A stretch of DNA of 48,349 nucleotides from the NCBI RefSeq assembly GCF_000372725.1, contig NW_005201327.1, positions 252,815 to 301,163 of the forward strand, written 5' to 3'. The notes below the pieces were generated by a model, which made no database searches, had not been told where the DNA came from, and worked only from the letters and a program-made list of their open reading frames with translations. The stretch comes from Emiliania huxleyi CCMP1516. Taxonomy: Eukaryota. Below, piece after piece: positions 1-12,189 of this stretch (position 1 is the stretch's first letter; every line of letters begins with the position of its first letter). A program made the position numbers and the translations under genes.

Positions 1-38
1 TGACGATCTGCTACGCCAGCTGCCCAAGCGGCTACACG

Positions 39-581
39 GTGAGCCTTGATATCTTTTGCAAGAGCATCCCGGCCCATTGGTATGATATTCCGCATTCCGT
101 CAGCAGACCGAAAGTGCCAAAGACCAATGGCGTCGGTCTTAAAGCGTTCGAGTGCCCCCCTGGCACCCGGCTTGCGGGCGCCAAGGCCATTGGTATTAGC
201 GTGGGCTACTGCTACCAAGACTCGTGCTTCGATCAAACCATCGGGGGTGAGGTGGTCAACGCTGTTGGAGACATCGGCTCGCTATTCACCAGCTCGTACG
301 CCAACTACGAGAACATCGAAAAGATTGAGGAGTGCCTCAAGGCGAATATGAACAACTTTGCGGACCCCTGGCCGGGCATCGAGACGGCGGTCAAGCAGAT
401 GTTCTCAAGCACGACTGGCTTCATCAGCATCGGCTACGACGCCTTCCACTCTTTCGTCGAGCCCTCCCTGCAAACGGGGTTGCTGGACGTCGACACCTTC
501 GTTGGCTTCCTCACATCGAGCTACAGGGTCTCAGTTACAGCCTTGGGCGCGACGGCCGGTGATAATGCCAACCTCACGTAG
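39..581 (+). CDS. Hypothetical protein, 3' part (5' end probably outside window)
   Basis: 180-aa ORF with protein-like composition and several Cys; no recognised domain. Confidence 0.35.
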   Translation: MSLDIFCKSIPAHWYDIPHSVSRPKVPKTNGVGLKAFECPPGTRLAGAKAIGISVGYCYQDSCFDQTIGGEVVNAVGDIGSLFTSSYANYENIEKIEECLKANMNNFADPWPGIETAVKQMFSSTTGFISIGYDAFHSFVEPSLQTGLLDVDTFVGFLTSSYRVSVTALGATAGDNANLT

Positions 582-849
582 AAACCATCACATTCACACT
601 AGATTCCGCCGCAATCCTTGAGGTTGTTAGTCGAATATATCCACATGGCTCAAGGGATTTTATCCCTTTTGGTTTGGAGATTCGTGTTTTGGTTTCGGGT
701 TTTGGGTAAAACGTGTTCGTGTATACTGTACGGAACTCGCTTCAGCGCGATGCGGCCCCTTGGCTCCACTCCTATGCGGTGAGCCTCTAATCGGCCCTAC
801 GAACTCAGTCAGGCGGGCTTGCAGTTGTGAATGATAGCAAAAGTTCGGC

Positions 850-949
850 CGCGCGTGGTAGGCCGCAAGACGACCGAAGGCCTCTGGTACCCCTGCCCTG
901 CTGATGTGGATCAAAATCGAGCGGATCGCCGCCTTTGGTACCCCAAGGT
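850..949. repeat. 100-bp block identical to 5301-5400; probable shared promoter segment
   Basis: Base-for-base identity (cgcgcgtggtagg...accccaaggt); contains two gcct(c/t)tggtacccc motifs. Confidence 0.95.
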
Positions 950-1072
950 GGGCTGCACCACGCGCTCTACGCGCTCTACCCTGGGGTGCCGGCGCATTTT
1001 GGTTGAGTCGGATGACAAGAAAGAGAAAAACTCGCGCCTGAAGGACAGACTCCATACCCCCGATACCCGCGA

Positions 1073-2594
1073 ATGGCCGCCAGCTCCGACAACGCCGGCA
1101 ACGCCAGCGCCGAAGGCCCATCTCTCCGCACAGTCGTCTGCGGCCTCTCCCTGCCGTCGTGCGTCTTCAACTCGTCAAACCCGTTCGCAACATCACTCGA
1201 GGACCTCCAGGCGCTCGACGCCTCCGCCGCCGGCGCCGTCGCCACGCGCACCGCGTGCCCCGGCTTTGTGCACGATGAGGCTACGATGAAGTGGGCCTCG
1301 CCTGACGGCGCAAACACGATCAACTGCCTCGGCTACTCGCCGCTCCCGTTCGAGTACTACACGGGCTGCCTGCCGCAGCTCTCCGGCGCCAAGCCCTGCT
1401 GGCTCTCCATCTCTGGCAGCGCGGAGGAGGTTGGTGCGATGGTGCGCGAGGCTGCAGCGCTGGCACCGTCCCTGCCAGGCGGCCTCGCGGTGGAGATCAA
1501 CCTCTCGTGCCCAAACATCGCCGGCAAGCCTCCCCTCGCGTACGACTTTGACGCGCTGCGAAACTACCTCGGCACCGTCTTTGCTGCCGGGCCGCCGCCG
1601 CCGACCCTCGCGGTCGGCGTCAAGATGATGCCGAGTTCTTATTAGTAGTAGCATCATCATCACCATCTTCTTCTTCTTCTAGGTCGGCGTCAAGACGACG
1701 CCCTATTTCTACGACGCGCAGTACACCGGCGCCGCCGCCGTGCTGAACGGCTGCCCGCACCTGTCCTTTGTCACCGCCATCAACACGGTCGGCAACGGCC
1801 TCTACGTCGACGTCGCCACAGAGGCGCCCCTCCTCGCTCCCAGCTGCTACGGCGGGCTGGGCGGCGCCGCGGTGCACGCCGTCGCCCTCGGCAACTCACA
1901 CCATGAGCTATCAACACCATTAGCTATCATGACTCATAACAGGTGCACGCCATCGCCCTCGGCAACTCACACCATGAGCTATCAACACCATTAGCTATCA
2001 TGACTCATAACAGGTGCACGCCATCGCTCTCGGCAACGTGCGGAGGCTGCGTGCGCTGCTGCGGCCGTCGATCGCCGTCATCGGCTGCGGAGGAGTCGAC
2101 TCTGGGGAGGCTGCCCTGCCCCTAGAAGCGGAAGACGTACGCGCACTCTTGTGTGTGGGGAGAGGTATCCCCTTACCTTACCTCAGGCTGCCTTCCGCCA
2201 CCTGCTCTGCGGCGCCTCGGCGGTGATGGTCGCCTCGGCGCTCCTGCACGAGGGCGTGGGCGTCTTCGCGAGGGTCGAGGCAGAGCTGCGCGGCATCATG
2301 GCCTCCAAGGGCTACTCCGCCGTCGCAGACTTCCAAGGCGATCTGGGGAGATCTGGGGAGATCTGGGGAGATCTGGGGAGACTCCACCACGCCTCCGCAT
2401 GCCCCGCCCCTCCTCACGCCCCGCGCCTCTCTCTGTATGCGCCCGCGAGGGTGCCTCCCTATCCCATCTCCCCATCTCTCCCCAGCTCTCCCCAGCTCTC
2501 CTCATAGGCAAGCTGAGGGAGCCAGCCGCACCGCAGCAGCGCGCCGCCGCCCCGTGCGCCGGCCTCGCGCCCCCTGCCACCAACGGCCGCAGCA

Positions 2595-2632
<38 letters not shown>

Positions 2633-5600
2633 AGCGGCGGCGGCGGCGGCGGCGGCGGCAGCGGCAGCGGCGCCAACGGCCGCGCGTTCGTCGCGCCGGA
2701 ACACATTCGAGCTGCCAACGGCGCCGCGGCCGACAAGTTCGCCTCTTTCGCCCAAGTGCCTGTGGTGGACTTTGGCGCCTTCTACTCTGACGACGCGGCG
2801 GGACGGGCGACGCTGGCGGCGCAGCTCTTCTCCGCCTTCAAGGAGATCGGCTGATCTCGGCTGATCTCGGCTGATCCTCGGCTGATCCTCGGCTGATCCT
2901 CGGCTGATCGCGGCTGATCTCGGCTGATCTCGGCTGATCTCCGCCCCCAAGGACATCGGCTTCGCCACACTGATCAACCACAACCTCCCTCCGGAGCTCA
3001 ACGCTCGCGCGTTCGCGCTGTCCGAGGCTTTCTTTGCTCTGCCGGCCGCGCAGAAGGCTGCGTACGGGTGGGAGAGCCCCGAGTCGAATCGAGGCTACCT
3101 CGCGCTGGGCAAGGAGCGCCTCGACGGCGGGCTAATCTCGGCGAATCTCGGGCCATCTCGCCTGAGCTGCGCCAATCCTGCNNNNNNNNNNNNNNNNNNN
3201 NNNNNNNNNNNNNNNNNNNNNNNNNNNNNNNNNNNNNNNNNNNNNNNNNNNNNNNNNNNNNNNNNNNNNNNNNNNNNNNNNGGGTGGCGGGGGGGAGGTG
3301 GGGGGCTAAGAGTGGTAGACTCCCGCGCCTCGCTCCGCGCGCGTGCCCGGGATGAGGTTGTCCAGGAGGACACCCGCGAGCAGCGAGACGATCATCGTGT
3401 TGCTAAAGAAGACCTGGGACACCGAGAGATGTGGCCGAGATGTCGCCGAGTTCTGGCCGAGATGGAGAGCCGAGATGGAGAGCCGAGATGGAGCCGAGAT
3501 CAGCCGTGATCAAGCCGATGTGGCCGAGATGTCGCCGCCGAGCTGCCGGGCGGCCGCAGTTGCCGCCTTTGTGTTTTGGGCGTCCGAGCACGGCTCGCCC
3601 CACGGGCCGGTGTTGGCAAAGTAGCCGGCGGGCCCGCCCAGCGCGAGGCCTACAAATAACGAAACTCTGTGCTAGGAGACGGGTACGAAGGGGGCTCGGG
3701 TCCCCGCCCAGCGAAAGGCCGTTGTAGATGCAGAAGCCGAGGATGAACAGGTTGCGCGACGAGTTGAGGTCGACGTGCTGGAGCTGCGCGAGGCCGCAGG
3801 AGCAGATGAGGCCGAACAGGCACATGTAGAGACCGCCCACGAGCCAGCCAGGCATCGCGGCGAACACGGCGCCAAACTTGGGGAAGCAGCCCATGAAGAT
3901 CATCGTGCACGCGCCCGCTTGCACAACGGCGCGCGAGCCAACCTTGGTGACGCCGAGCGCGCCGATGTTCTCGCCGTACGAGGTGGTGCCGTTGCCGGTG
4001 CCGATGAGGCCGCAGAGAATGAGTCCCCACCTACGCGTGCCACAGCCGCAGCTCTGCGGACAAGCTTCAGAAGACCGGCCACAGAGGGCACTGCTAGCAC
4101 ACGCGCCCTTCTCCTGCGAGGCCGCGCGAGATGACGGGACCCGACGGCGGCGGGGCGCCCGCGAGCTGCGCGGCGGCGTAGTAGTCTCCGATCGACTCGA
4201 CCATCGAGACGAGCATGGCGGCGATCATGGGCAGGATGGCGCACTTGTCGAAGATGGGCGCGCCCCACTGACCCGGGTACGGCCACCTGAACCACTTCGA
4301 GTCCTCGATGACCTGGCTCGACGTCTTGCAGATCGCGTAGCGCCCGCCGAGGTAATCGTCGTCCATGCCGCCGGCCGCCTGCGCGATGGCGCCGATACCC
4401 CACGCCACCATCACGGTCCACAGCACCGGGAAGAGCGCAAAGATCTTGATGCTCGCTCCCCCGATCTTGAGGTTGACGAAGCCGAGGAGCTGCGAGAAGA
4501 CTACCATGCAGATAATGACCGCCGCGGCATATCCCTCGCAGCCGGGCACGGGCAACGGACGTTGGAAGTTCCCGTTAATGTTTGGGGCAGTATACAGCCC
4601 GAGCCCAACCATGCACACGGTCGGGGCGATCGTGAGCGGCGAGATGAAGCGTGTGAGCAGGCCGAGCACGCCCGAGTAGCCAAGAGCAACCTGGATGAAG
4701 CCGCACGTCAGGATGGCGCCTTGGATGCGGCGCATCGTCTGCTCGAACTGCTCCTCCGCGCCGATCTCTCCGGAGGCGACCATCGCCCTGACCTGGCCGA
4801 TGACGGCAAAGGTGGGGCTCAAGAAGGCAAAGGAGCCGCCCTGCACGATGGGCAGCCGGTCCCCGATGGTGGTCTGAAGGAGTGTGTTGCAGCCGGAAAC
4901 GAAGAAGATGGTGCAGATAACCTCGGCCATCTGCGTCGGCGTGCCGCCCATCTCCGGCACGATGAGGAGGGGGATGAGGGCCGTGGCGCCGAGCATGGTG
5001 AGGTAGTGCTGCGGCGGAGGCGGGGAATGGTGAGGCGGTACCAGAGGCAGGCGGCTTGCGCGGAGCGGCGGGATACCTGGAATCCGAGGATGACGCCGAG
5101 GTAGGCGGGAGGCACGTCACTGACGGTGTACAGCATGCCGCCATTCTTTGCCTGTGAGGAGGAGCAGGAGTCGCCGCGGCTCGGATCGGCGTCAAGCGGC
5201 GGCGGCGGCGGCGGTGAGTATTAAGCATACGGCGGCCGCCGACTACGCGAGTGGTGCAGCGTGTGTGTGCACACCTTCTGTTTGAATGACTTGTCCATGA
5301 CGCGCGTGGTAGGCCGCAAGACGACCGAAGGCCTCTGGTACCCCTGCCCTGCTGATGTGGATCAAAATCGAGCGGATCGCCGCCTTTGGTACCCCAAGGT
5401 NNNNNNNNNNNNNNNNNNNNNNNNNNNNNNNNNNNNNNNNNNNNNNNNNNNNNNNNNNNNNNNNNNNNNNNNNNNNNNNNNNNNNNNNNNNNNNNNNNNN
5501 CCACTCTCTCGGCCACTCTCGGCCTCTCGGCTACTCTCGGGCTCCTCTCGGCCAATCTCGGCTCCTCGCGGCCACTCTCGGCTCCTCTCGGCCAATCTGC

Positions 5601-5850
5601 TCTCTGATCTGTGTGAGCACAGGTGCTCTGCGACCCGCGCTGCGAGGGCGAGGAGGTGCCCGCGCGCTACTCGATTGCCTTCTTTTGCAACCCGAACAAG
5701 GCGACGCTCGTGCAGTGCCTGCCCGGCTGCAGCGGCGAGGGCAACCCGCCCCGGTACGCGCCGATCAACGCCTTCGAGTACATCACGCGCCGGCTCTGCG
5801 GCACCATCGACGATCCGATTACGGGCCAGGGACACCGACGGGGCGAGTAG
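1073..5850 (+). CDS. Fusion: class-1A DHODH-fold flavoenzyme (dihydrouracil oxidase-like) + Gly linker + IPNS-family 2OG-Fe(II) dioxygenase (thymine 7-hydroxylase-like); middle exons lost in gaps
   Basis: Exons ~1073-1612, 1683-1871, 2014-2109, 2187-2337, 2508-2842, 2952-~3130, 5623-5850. DHODH motifs EINLSCPN, VGVKTTPY, INTVGNG, GGLGG, IGCGGV, DFQGKLR; continues in frame into VPVVDF...GFATLINH...ESNRGY and RYSIAFFCNPN (RxS). HxD motif not visible. Confidence 0.8.
3324..5298 (-). CDS. NCS2/NAT (xanthine-uracil permease, SLC23-like) nucleobase transporter; 3' end runs into gap
   Basis: Spliced start MDKSFKQK|AKNGGMLYTV; FQ|HYLTML, LPIVQGGSF, ESIGDY, signature ENIGALGVTKVGSR, LDNLIPGTRAERG; many hydrophobic helices. 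Confidence 0.9.
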
Positions 5851-6888
5851 GCGAGAGGGCCGGTGGGGAAGGAAGCTGGCATGCAAACTTGAGGGTCACG
5901 CCACGTCGCCAGCGCTGTGTCGACAGTTACGCACGTGTGATGCGCCCGATGTGTTGTATTTTCCTGTGTACATTGAGAGGGGTGAACCGCGCCATCCTCG
6001 ACAAAGAACCTTGTGCACAAAGATCGCACGGGCGGGAGCGACTGTTCCTTTTCACCCCCTCCTTTTCCCCTATAGTTCTGGTCTGTGGTCAGTGGTGTCC
6101 GGGGGGCGGGGGGCACCCCCGTATCGGATCGGGTAGTGCCATTTCACTGTGGCACAGCCCGCGTTACAAAACCTTGATTTGACCATTTGCGCAAAAAGGT
6201 ACCTCTCGGTGCCTTCCAGAGGCAGCTGCGACCACGCCGAGTAGACGGCGGCACACAGCAGGTGGCGCGGTGTGCCGCCGTCCACTCGGCGGGGTCGCAG
6301 CTGCCTCTGCGCGTCCTGGGGATGTACCTTTGTCGCGCGCCGGAGACGACTCGACGCCGCTGAGATCGGAGATCAAGCTCTGACAGGTCGCACGTCGCTC
6401 CTTTGACGCCGACGTGACTCACCCGTGCAGATCACATCAGGACACGGTCTCGACGCGCTCGGTACGACACCTGCGACCCGTCTCTGGTCAGGTGGCACGA
6501 CGCTCATCGCGCCTGCCAGCGCTGCCATGCAGGCTGCCACGACGAGGTCGAGCACGCTTCTATACGCTCGCCGAGCCTTCCTTTCCATCCCATTAGGCAG
6601 CCTGGGAACGGTGGCGGCCAGAGGCAAAGCCTACGAGGGTGGTGGAACCACATGTCACGGCTACTGCCGGCTCGACCCCACGATAGCCTCCGAAGGCTGA
6701 CTTTGCGGCACCATCATCGGACGATGTCGACGAGTTGGGTCGCTCTCGCGGTAGCCAGATGACCCCCCATACTAGTATCATCGGCCATGGCCGCAGGAAG
6801 CGCGGGGGAGGGCGCTGGGAGCAACACGGAGCTCCGTTGGAGACGTTTTCAAGATTAGCGTGTCAGAGTGAAATGGCACTAGCCATCT

Positions 6889-6955
6889 GTACTGGGATAT
6901 GTCCCCAGAATATCGACGCGGATATGTCCCCAGTGCCCAGAATATATCCCAGTAC
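6889..6955. repeat. Miniature inverted-repeat element
   Basis: 12-bp inverted ends gtactgggatat/atatcccagtac, internal direct repeat ggatatgtccccag. Confidence 0.6.
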
Positions 6956-7159
6956 GTACTTTTAGCTTACTCTCTCTCTCCCAGTAAAGTCCACCCCGGT
7001 TTTCGCCCGCGGGAATCGCCGTAACGCGGTCACTCAGCCAGACCACGCTCGCCCCTTCACGTGAACGGCACAAAGTAGGCCGGCCGCGGTTTTAGCCCGT
7101 TTAGCCCGTCGTCGTCTCCGCCCGTGTTCCCCGGCTTGGCACGCGCGGCGAGGGCCACA

Positions 7160-10080
7160 ATGTTGGCGCGAGGCATGGCCCGGGCCCTCTCAGCAACCTC
7201 GGCAGACACAGCCGACGTCGACGCTGGCTTTGAGCATGCACACGGCCTTGAGGTTCGGCATGACCCCGTACTGCGCCCCTCCCAACCCTAGCCTGACAGC
7301 TGAAGCCCGCTCACCGAGCAAAAGCCCTTGCACCACCGCAAGAGGCGGACGCCGCGAGTCTTGCCAGTCCCTCACGTCGCGTGCACTCCACCACTCTCAG
7401 GTCGAGTTTGACGACGTGGTCATGTCGTTCCTCTTCCTGATTGCCGTGTGGGTGGGGGGCAAGGCGGCGGCGGGTATGCGGATGCCGTCGCTGGTGGGCG
7501 AGCTTGCCGTGGGCCTTGTGATGGGGCCGCCACTCCTCGACGTTGTTCCGCTCGCCGAAGCGCTCATGCTCTACGGAGAAGTCGGACTGCTGCTGTTGGT
7601 GCGCCGCTGCCGCCCCTCCGCCGTGCGCCGCTCCCAGTGGACGCCAGGCATCGGAATCCAGAAGGCGGCTGCGGCGAGCTCTGAACTCCTGTCCACCCGC
7701 AGCGCACAGAGAGCGCTGCGACACAGCCACCGACGGAATCTCATGCGTCTGCGCATGCCGGCGCAGGTGCTCGAGGCGGGCCTCGACGCCGACCTGCCAA
7801 TGATGCGCACCGTCGGCCCGCGCGGTGTCGCAATCGCCCTGTGTGGCACCTGCCTGCCCGTGTGCATCGCCGCCGGGCTTGGCCGCGCCGTGCTCGGGCT
7901 CGACCGCACAGATGCCAAATCCTAGCCCTGTGACTGTGAGAGGCAAGCATCCCCGTGTCCTCCCGGTGGTCCGCAGTGCGATGGACAGCTGCGCTCACGC
8001 CGCGTGAGCCCCGCCTCCTAGTCGAGATGTGTTCCGACGCGCATGGCCACGCCAGGGCTGCAGCACCGCACGCGAAAACGCTACCTTTGACCGCCGGCTC
8101 CCACCGGGTAGGCTCGACCCTCTCGCCAGCCTCGCCGCGGGGTGCACGCTTGCGCCCTCCTCCATCGGCATCGCGCTCAACGTGCTCCGCGCCGCGGACG
8201 CGCTCAACACGCCGGTTGGCCAGCTGATCATCGCCTCCGCCGTGCTGGACGACGTGATCGCGCTGCTGCTGCTCACTCTGCTGCAGGCGCTCGGCTCGGA
8301 CGCCTCGCCCGCATCGATGGTCGCGCCGGCGGTCGCCTCGGTTGGGCTGATGGCGGCGGCGGTGGTCATCGCAAAGCATGGGACCCCGCGCCTTGTCCGG
8401 CTCGCCGAGCGGGTCGCTCCTGCGCAGCTGCGGAGCGGGGGCCGTGCCGCCGAGGAGCGGGCGCTGCTGTTGCTGCTGCTGCTAGTCACGGCTGTCTTTG
8501 TGCCTCTGGCGCGCGCCTTTGCTCCGCTGGAGAGCTGGAGAGCCTTCGAGACGTACGCCGCGACGTGCCACGTCCCCTCTAGGCGCATTCGCTCGGGTCC
8601 AGTCATTTGCTCGGCGCTTTTCTGGCCGGGCTTTCCTGCTGCACCATCCCGCGGCTGCACGACGCGTGGATCAAGCAGGTCAAGCGGCTACAGTCGTGGC
8701 TCGTCAAGCTCTTCTTCGCTGCCACGTGCGGATTCATCGTCCCGGTCCGCTCCTTTGCTTCCGCCACCGTCTTTGGCCGTGCCGCACTTTTCAGGTGCTG
8801 CGGAGCTCGATCGCACGACCGAATCACCGTCGCCACGCCCACCCGCTTCACCCCCTCCCCCCACCCCCCTCCCCGCTCCTTCCCCAGCTGCGCCGGCCTC
8901 GGCAAGCTCGCGTCGGGCTTGCTGGTGGTACCTGCATCGCGCGCCAATGTGTTAACGGTCGGCCTCACCATGGCCGCGTGGGGTGAGTTCGCTTTCATCG
9001 TCGCGACCGCCTCGCTCAACAGCGGCCTGCTCGACCAGACGACCTTCGCCGCGCTGCTGCTCGCTGTCCTCGCGTCGGTGGTGATTGCGCCGGTGCTCGC
9101 GCGCGCCGCCCTCCGCGGCTCGCAGAGGCGGAAAGAGCGCGCCATCCTCGACGCCATCAAGGGGGGGCGACGAGCTGGCGCGCGCGCGGGGCCGGTGGTG
9201 GACGTGTCAACAGCGCCCGTCTTCTTTCGGCTGCGCACGTCGGCGCCACCAGCGTGGGGGCTGAGCGTGCGGCTGATGGATCTGATTCGGCAGCACGGCC
9301 TCGAGGCGCGCGTGCAGCGTCCCTTTGCACTTGGGATCTGCGCGGGGATCCAGCTTGATGCAACAGGGAATAGCTCGGCGCTTACCCAGTGGTCCTCCGC
9401 ACGTTGCCTCAGGTCCTCGACTTTCGCTCGCACCAGTACGCTTCGGCTATCCTCTTTGAGGTCCGCTAGTATGGCCTAGAGATCAACAGAGCGAGTTCTC
9501 CAATATCTCGAGCAATGTCTCCCCGCAGGTCCACCTCAAGGATGCCGACTTGCGCGCCCCGCCGACGCGTGCTTTGAGCGCCGACGACGAGGCGGTTGTG
9601 CGGCGGCGGCAGTCCGACTTGCTCGCTATCTTTTCGCCCCTTTGCGGCGGAGGAGGCTCGTGCGTGCTCGAGCGGTGGCTCCCGGGAGAAGCGCTCGCCT
9701 CGCGGCTGCCGCGCGCAGGGGTAGAGCCGGCGCAGTCGCATCTCGCGCAGGCGCTCGAGGGAGAGGAGGACACGGACTTCGCAGAGAGCTCGTACAAGTG
9801 TGCTGCCCGCTCGGCGTCGCGCGACGCCTTCTCCCTCACGGGTGCCGGGACTAGGCTTGGCGCTTTTTGTGGCGGTGGCGGCGGCATGGGCCCGCCTTCG
9901 CCGCGGATCGCAGCGCCGGCTTTTGCACGGGGCGGCGGCGGCGATCGTGGGGTTGACGCGGTGATGCCTTCGTCTCCGAGGCCGCCAGAGTTACACACGG
10001 AGCTGACTGGGGAGCCGCTGGTGCGTCCCTCGCGGCGCGGCGATTCGCTTCCCTCGCCCGACGAGCGCCAGTTCGTCTGA
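7160..10080 (+). CDS. Cation/H+ antiporter (CPA2, Kef/NapA-like), multi-exon
   Basis: MPSLVGELAVGLVMGP, GEVGLLLL|VLEAGL, APSSIGIA, ASAVLDDVIAL, LGAFLAG, LFFAATCG, WGEFAFI. Confidence 0.85.
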
Positions 10081-11329
10081 GCCTGTACGCGGAGTGTGTA
10101 TCCCTCGCATGCTTACTTCGGTTTCACCGAGAGCCGCTCTTTGTAGTCTCGCACCGGAGTGCTGAGAGTCTCTTTCCCTTGATTATTGTTGTAGTTGTGT
10201 GTATCTTGTCCTGTTTGCGCTTCTATCTGTGGCGTGATGTATCGTTTTAGAAACTGCATTCCACGACTCCCCGGCAGGAGAAAGCAGAAACCCCTGCCGC
10301 CGCGTGGCTGCTTTTGCGCGCACAGCGCCCAGCTCCGCTTCTCCGCACTCCACGGTCTCCGGTCCGCTCCTGCAACACCTACCTCCTCCGTTGCGGATAC
10401 GCTGCGGCGAGAGGGCCGAGCACCGCGCACCTTCTGCCGCCGTTCCCCCTTTGCTTTTTTGTACATGTCATCACTGTCACTCATCGGACGCACATCTCGG
10501 CGCGGCCTCCTAGGAGCCCTTGTCAACGCACAAGCCGGTCGGGTTGTCAACGTCACACGTCGCGGCGCCGCCCGCCTCTGCGGCACTGTCCACCACCCCC
10601 GAGGCCTCCGCGCGAACCGCGCCTCTTGCCTCCGCCTCCGCCCCTCCGCCCTCGCCGCGCCCCGGCTTGCCTCCGTGGCGCATGACGAGGAGAGACGTCG
10701 CCGCAAAGACGCGACCGCGCCACCAGTCGACCGCATACCGGCTGCCTGCGTGGAAGAGCACGTGAGCTGAGGGACGAAGAGTTGAGTGTGCGTCGGTACT
10801 GGCTGCCGGTGGAGACGCGGGGAGCAGCTGAGGGTGCGGAGACGGGGTCGCGCAGTGTCGAATGCAGCTGCAGCTTCGAGGTGTGGCACCTGCTAAGAGA
10901 AGGCGCATCTCGCGGCATCCAAAAGGAGTGGCATCGAGCGGAGTGGCATCGGGAGAAGGGCTGTCAAGCATCTAGCGCCGGGCTGCCCTCCTTCTCCGCC
11001 GCCACCTCGAAGCCGCATGCCTAGGGAGGTAGGGAATGAGGTGACGAGCAGCGAGAGGCTCGGACTGGGACGCCAGGTCGGTATGGGTGGACGCGAGACA
11101 GGAGATGACGGTCACATTGGAGCGACACGCAGACACACACACAACTCTCACAAGACACTCCGCCAGCTGCCTGCGAGCAGTAGTTGTAGTAGGCGACAAG
11201 CACCCAGACTCGACGCCAGGCTAGTGAGCGGGATGAAGGTGTGGACCCAACGGCTTGGAGAGTGGTGCTCTTGGGAAGAGGTTCCGCTCCCCCCCGCCGC
11301 AGGGCGCGAGACACACGGCTTGGAGCTCT

Positions 11330-12146
11330 AGCGGGACGAAGGTATGGAGCTAGCAGCACGCCTGCGAATGACAAGCTGGCGGGCAGGGGATCAAAAAGCG
11401 GCTGTGGACCGCCCGCCCCCTGCCACGCCGCACTCGCCTCGTACAAGCCGACGGCCGCGCGATTGCTCTTCTCCACCTCGAGCAGGGTCGGCCTGATCTC
11501 GGGCAACCTCGGGTCATCTCGGGCAATCTCGCCCCGTCTCCACCTCGAGCAACGGCCTGCATCCCGCCGATTCGAGTACCCTCTCCACCAGCCGGCGGCC
11601 GAGGCGCCGCCGCCTGCTCACAGCCACACTCGTGAACACACACCGTTCGGAACCCTCTCTCCGTTGGCGGCCGAGGCGACGGTGGCGCCGCTCGGCTGGT
11701 GCGACTGCGAGGTTTGTCAGTAGCAGCGCTCGGCCACCGTTGGCGGACGTGGCGGCGACAAACCCGACCAGCCTAGCAGGTAGACGAACAGTTGCTGTCG
11801 ATGTACATCGAGATGAGCCGCCGATGCGGCGCCGCCTCCCGTCTGGCGCCGTGGCCTTGAGGGCGGTGCCAGAGCAGATTATCGCGCGGAGACTGGCAGC
11901 CTGTTCGGCCGAGAGCTGGGAAAACGCGATTGCACGCGCGTTATTGAAGCCTCGCTCGCGGCCGAGCTTGCCGAAGAAGGCGCGCACGGTCAGGGCGACG
12001 GCAGGCTCGAGGTCGGCTACCTCGGCCTCAGAGATGAGCACAGACGGCGGCGCAGCAGCGGCTTCGGAGGCGAGCGGACCGACCAAACGGCCGGCTCGAG
12101 GCTGCGTGCACTGCCAGGAGGGGAGCCAGGCAATGAGGAACAGCAT
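11330..12146 (-). CDS. GNAT (RimI-like) acetyltransferase with possible N-terminal targeting peptide; 3' end uncertain
   Basis: LVGFV, LTNLAVAPAERR..RLGRRLV, LLEVEKSNRAAVGLYE across spliced exons. Confidence 0.75.
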
Positions 12147-12189
12147 ATTGGTACTAACTAGCGGACGTGAATGCCACAACGGTGTGGAG

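Noticed and set aside
3282..5400. True nested gene inside an intron of the fusion gene
   Set aside because: Contig is bounded by gaps and overlaps 850-949 exactly; scaffolding misplacement is more likely
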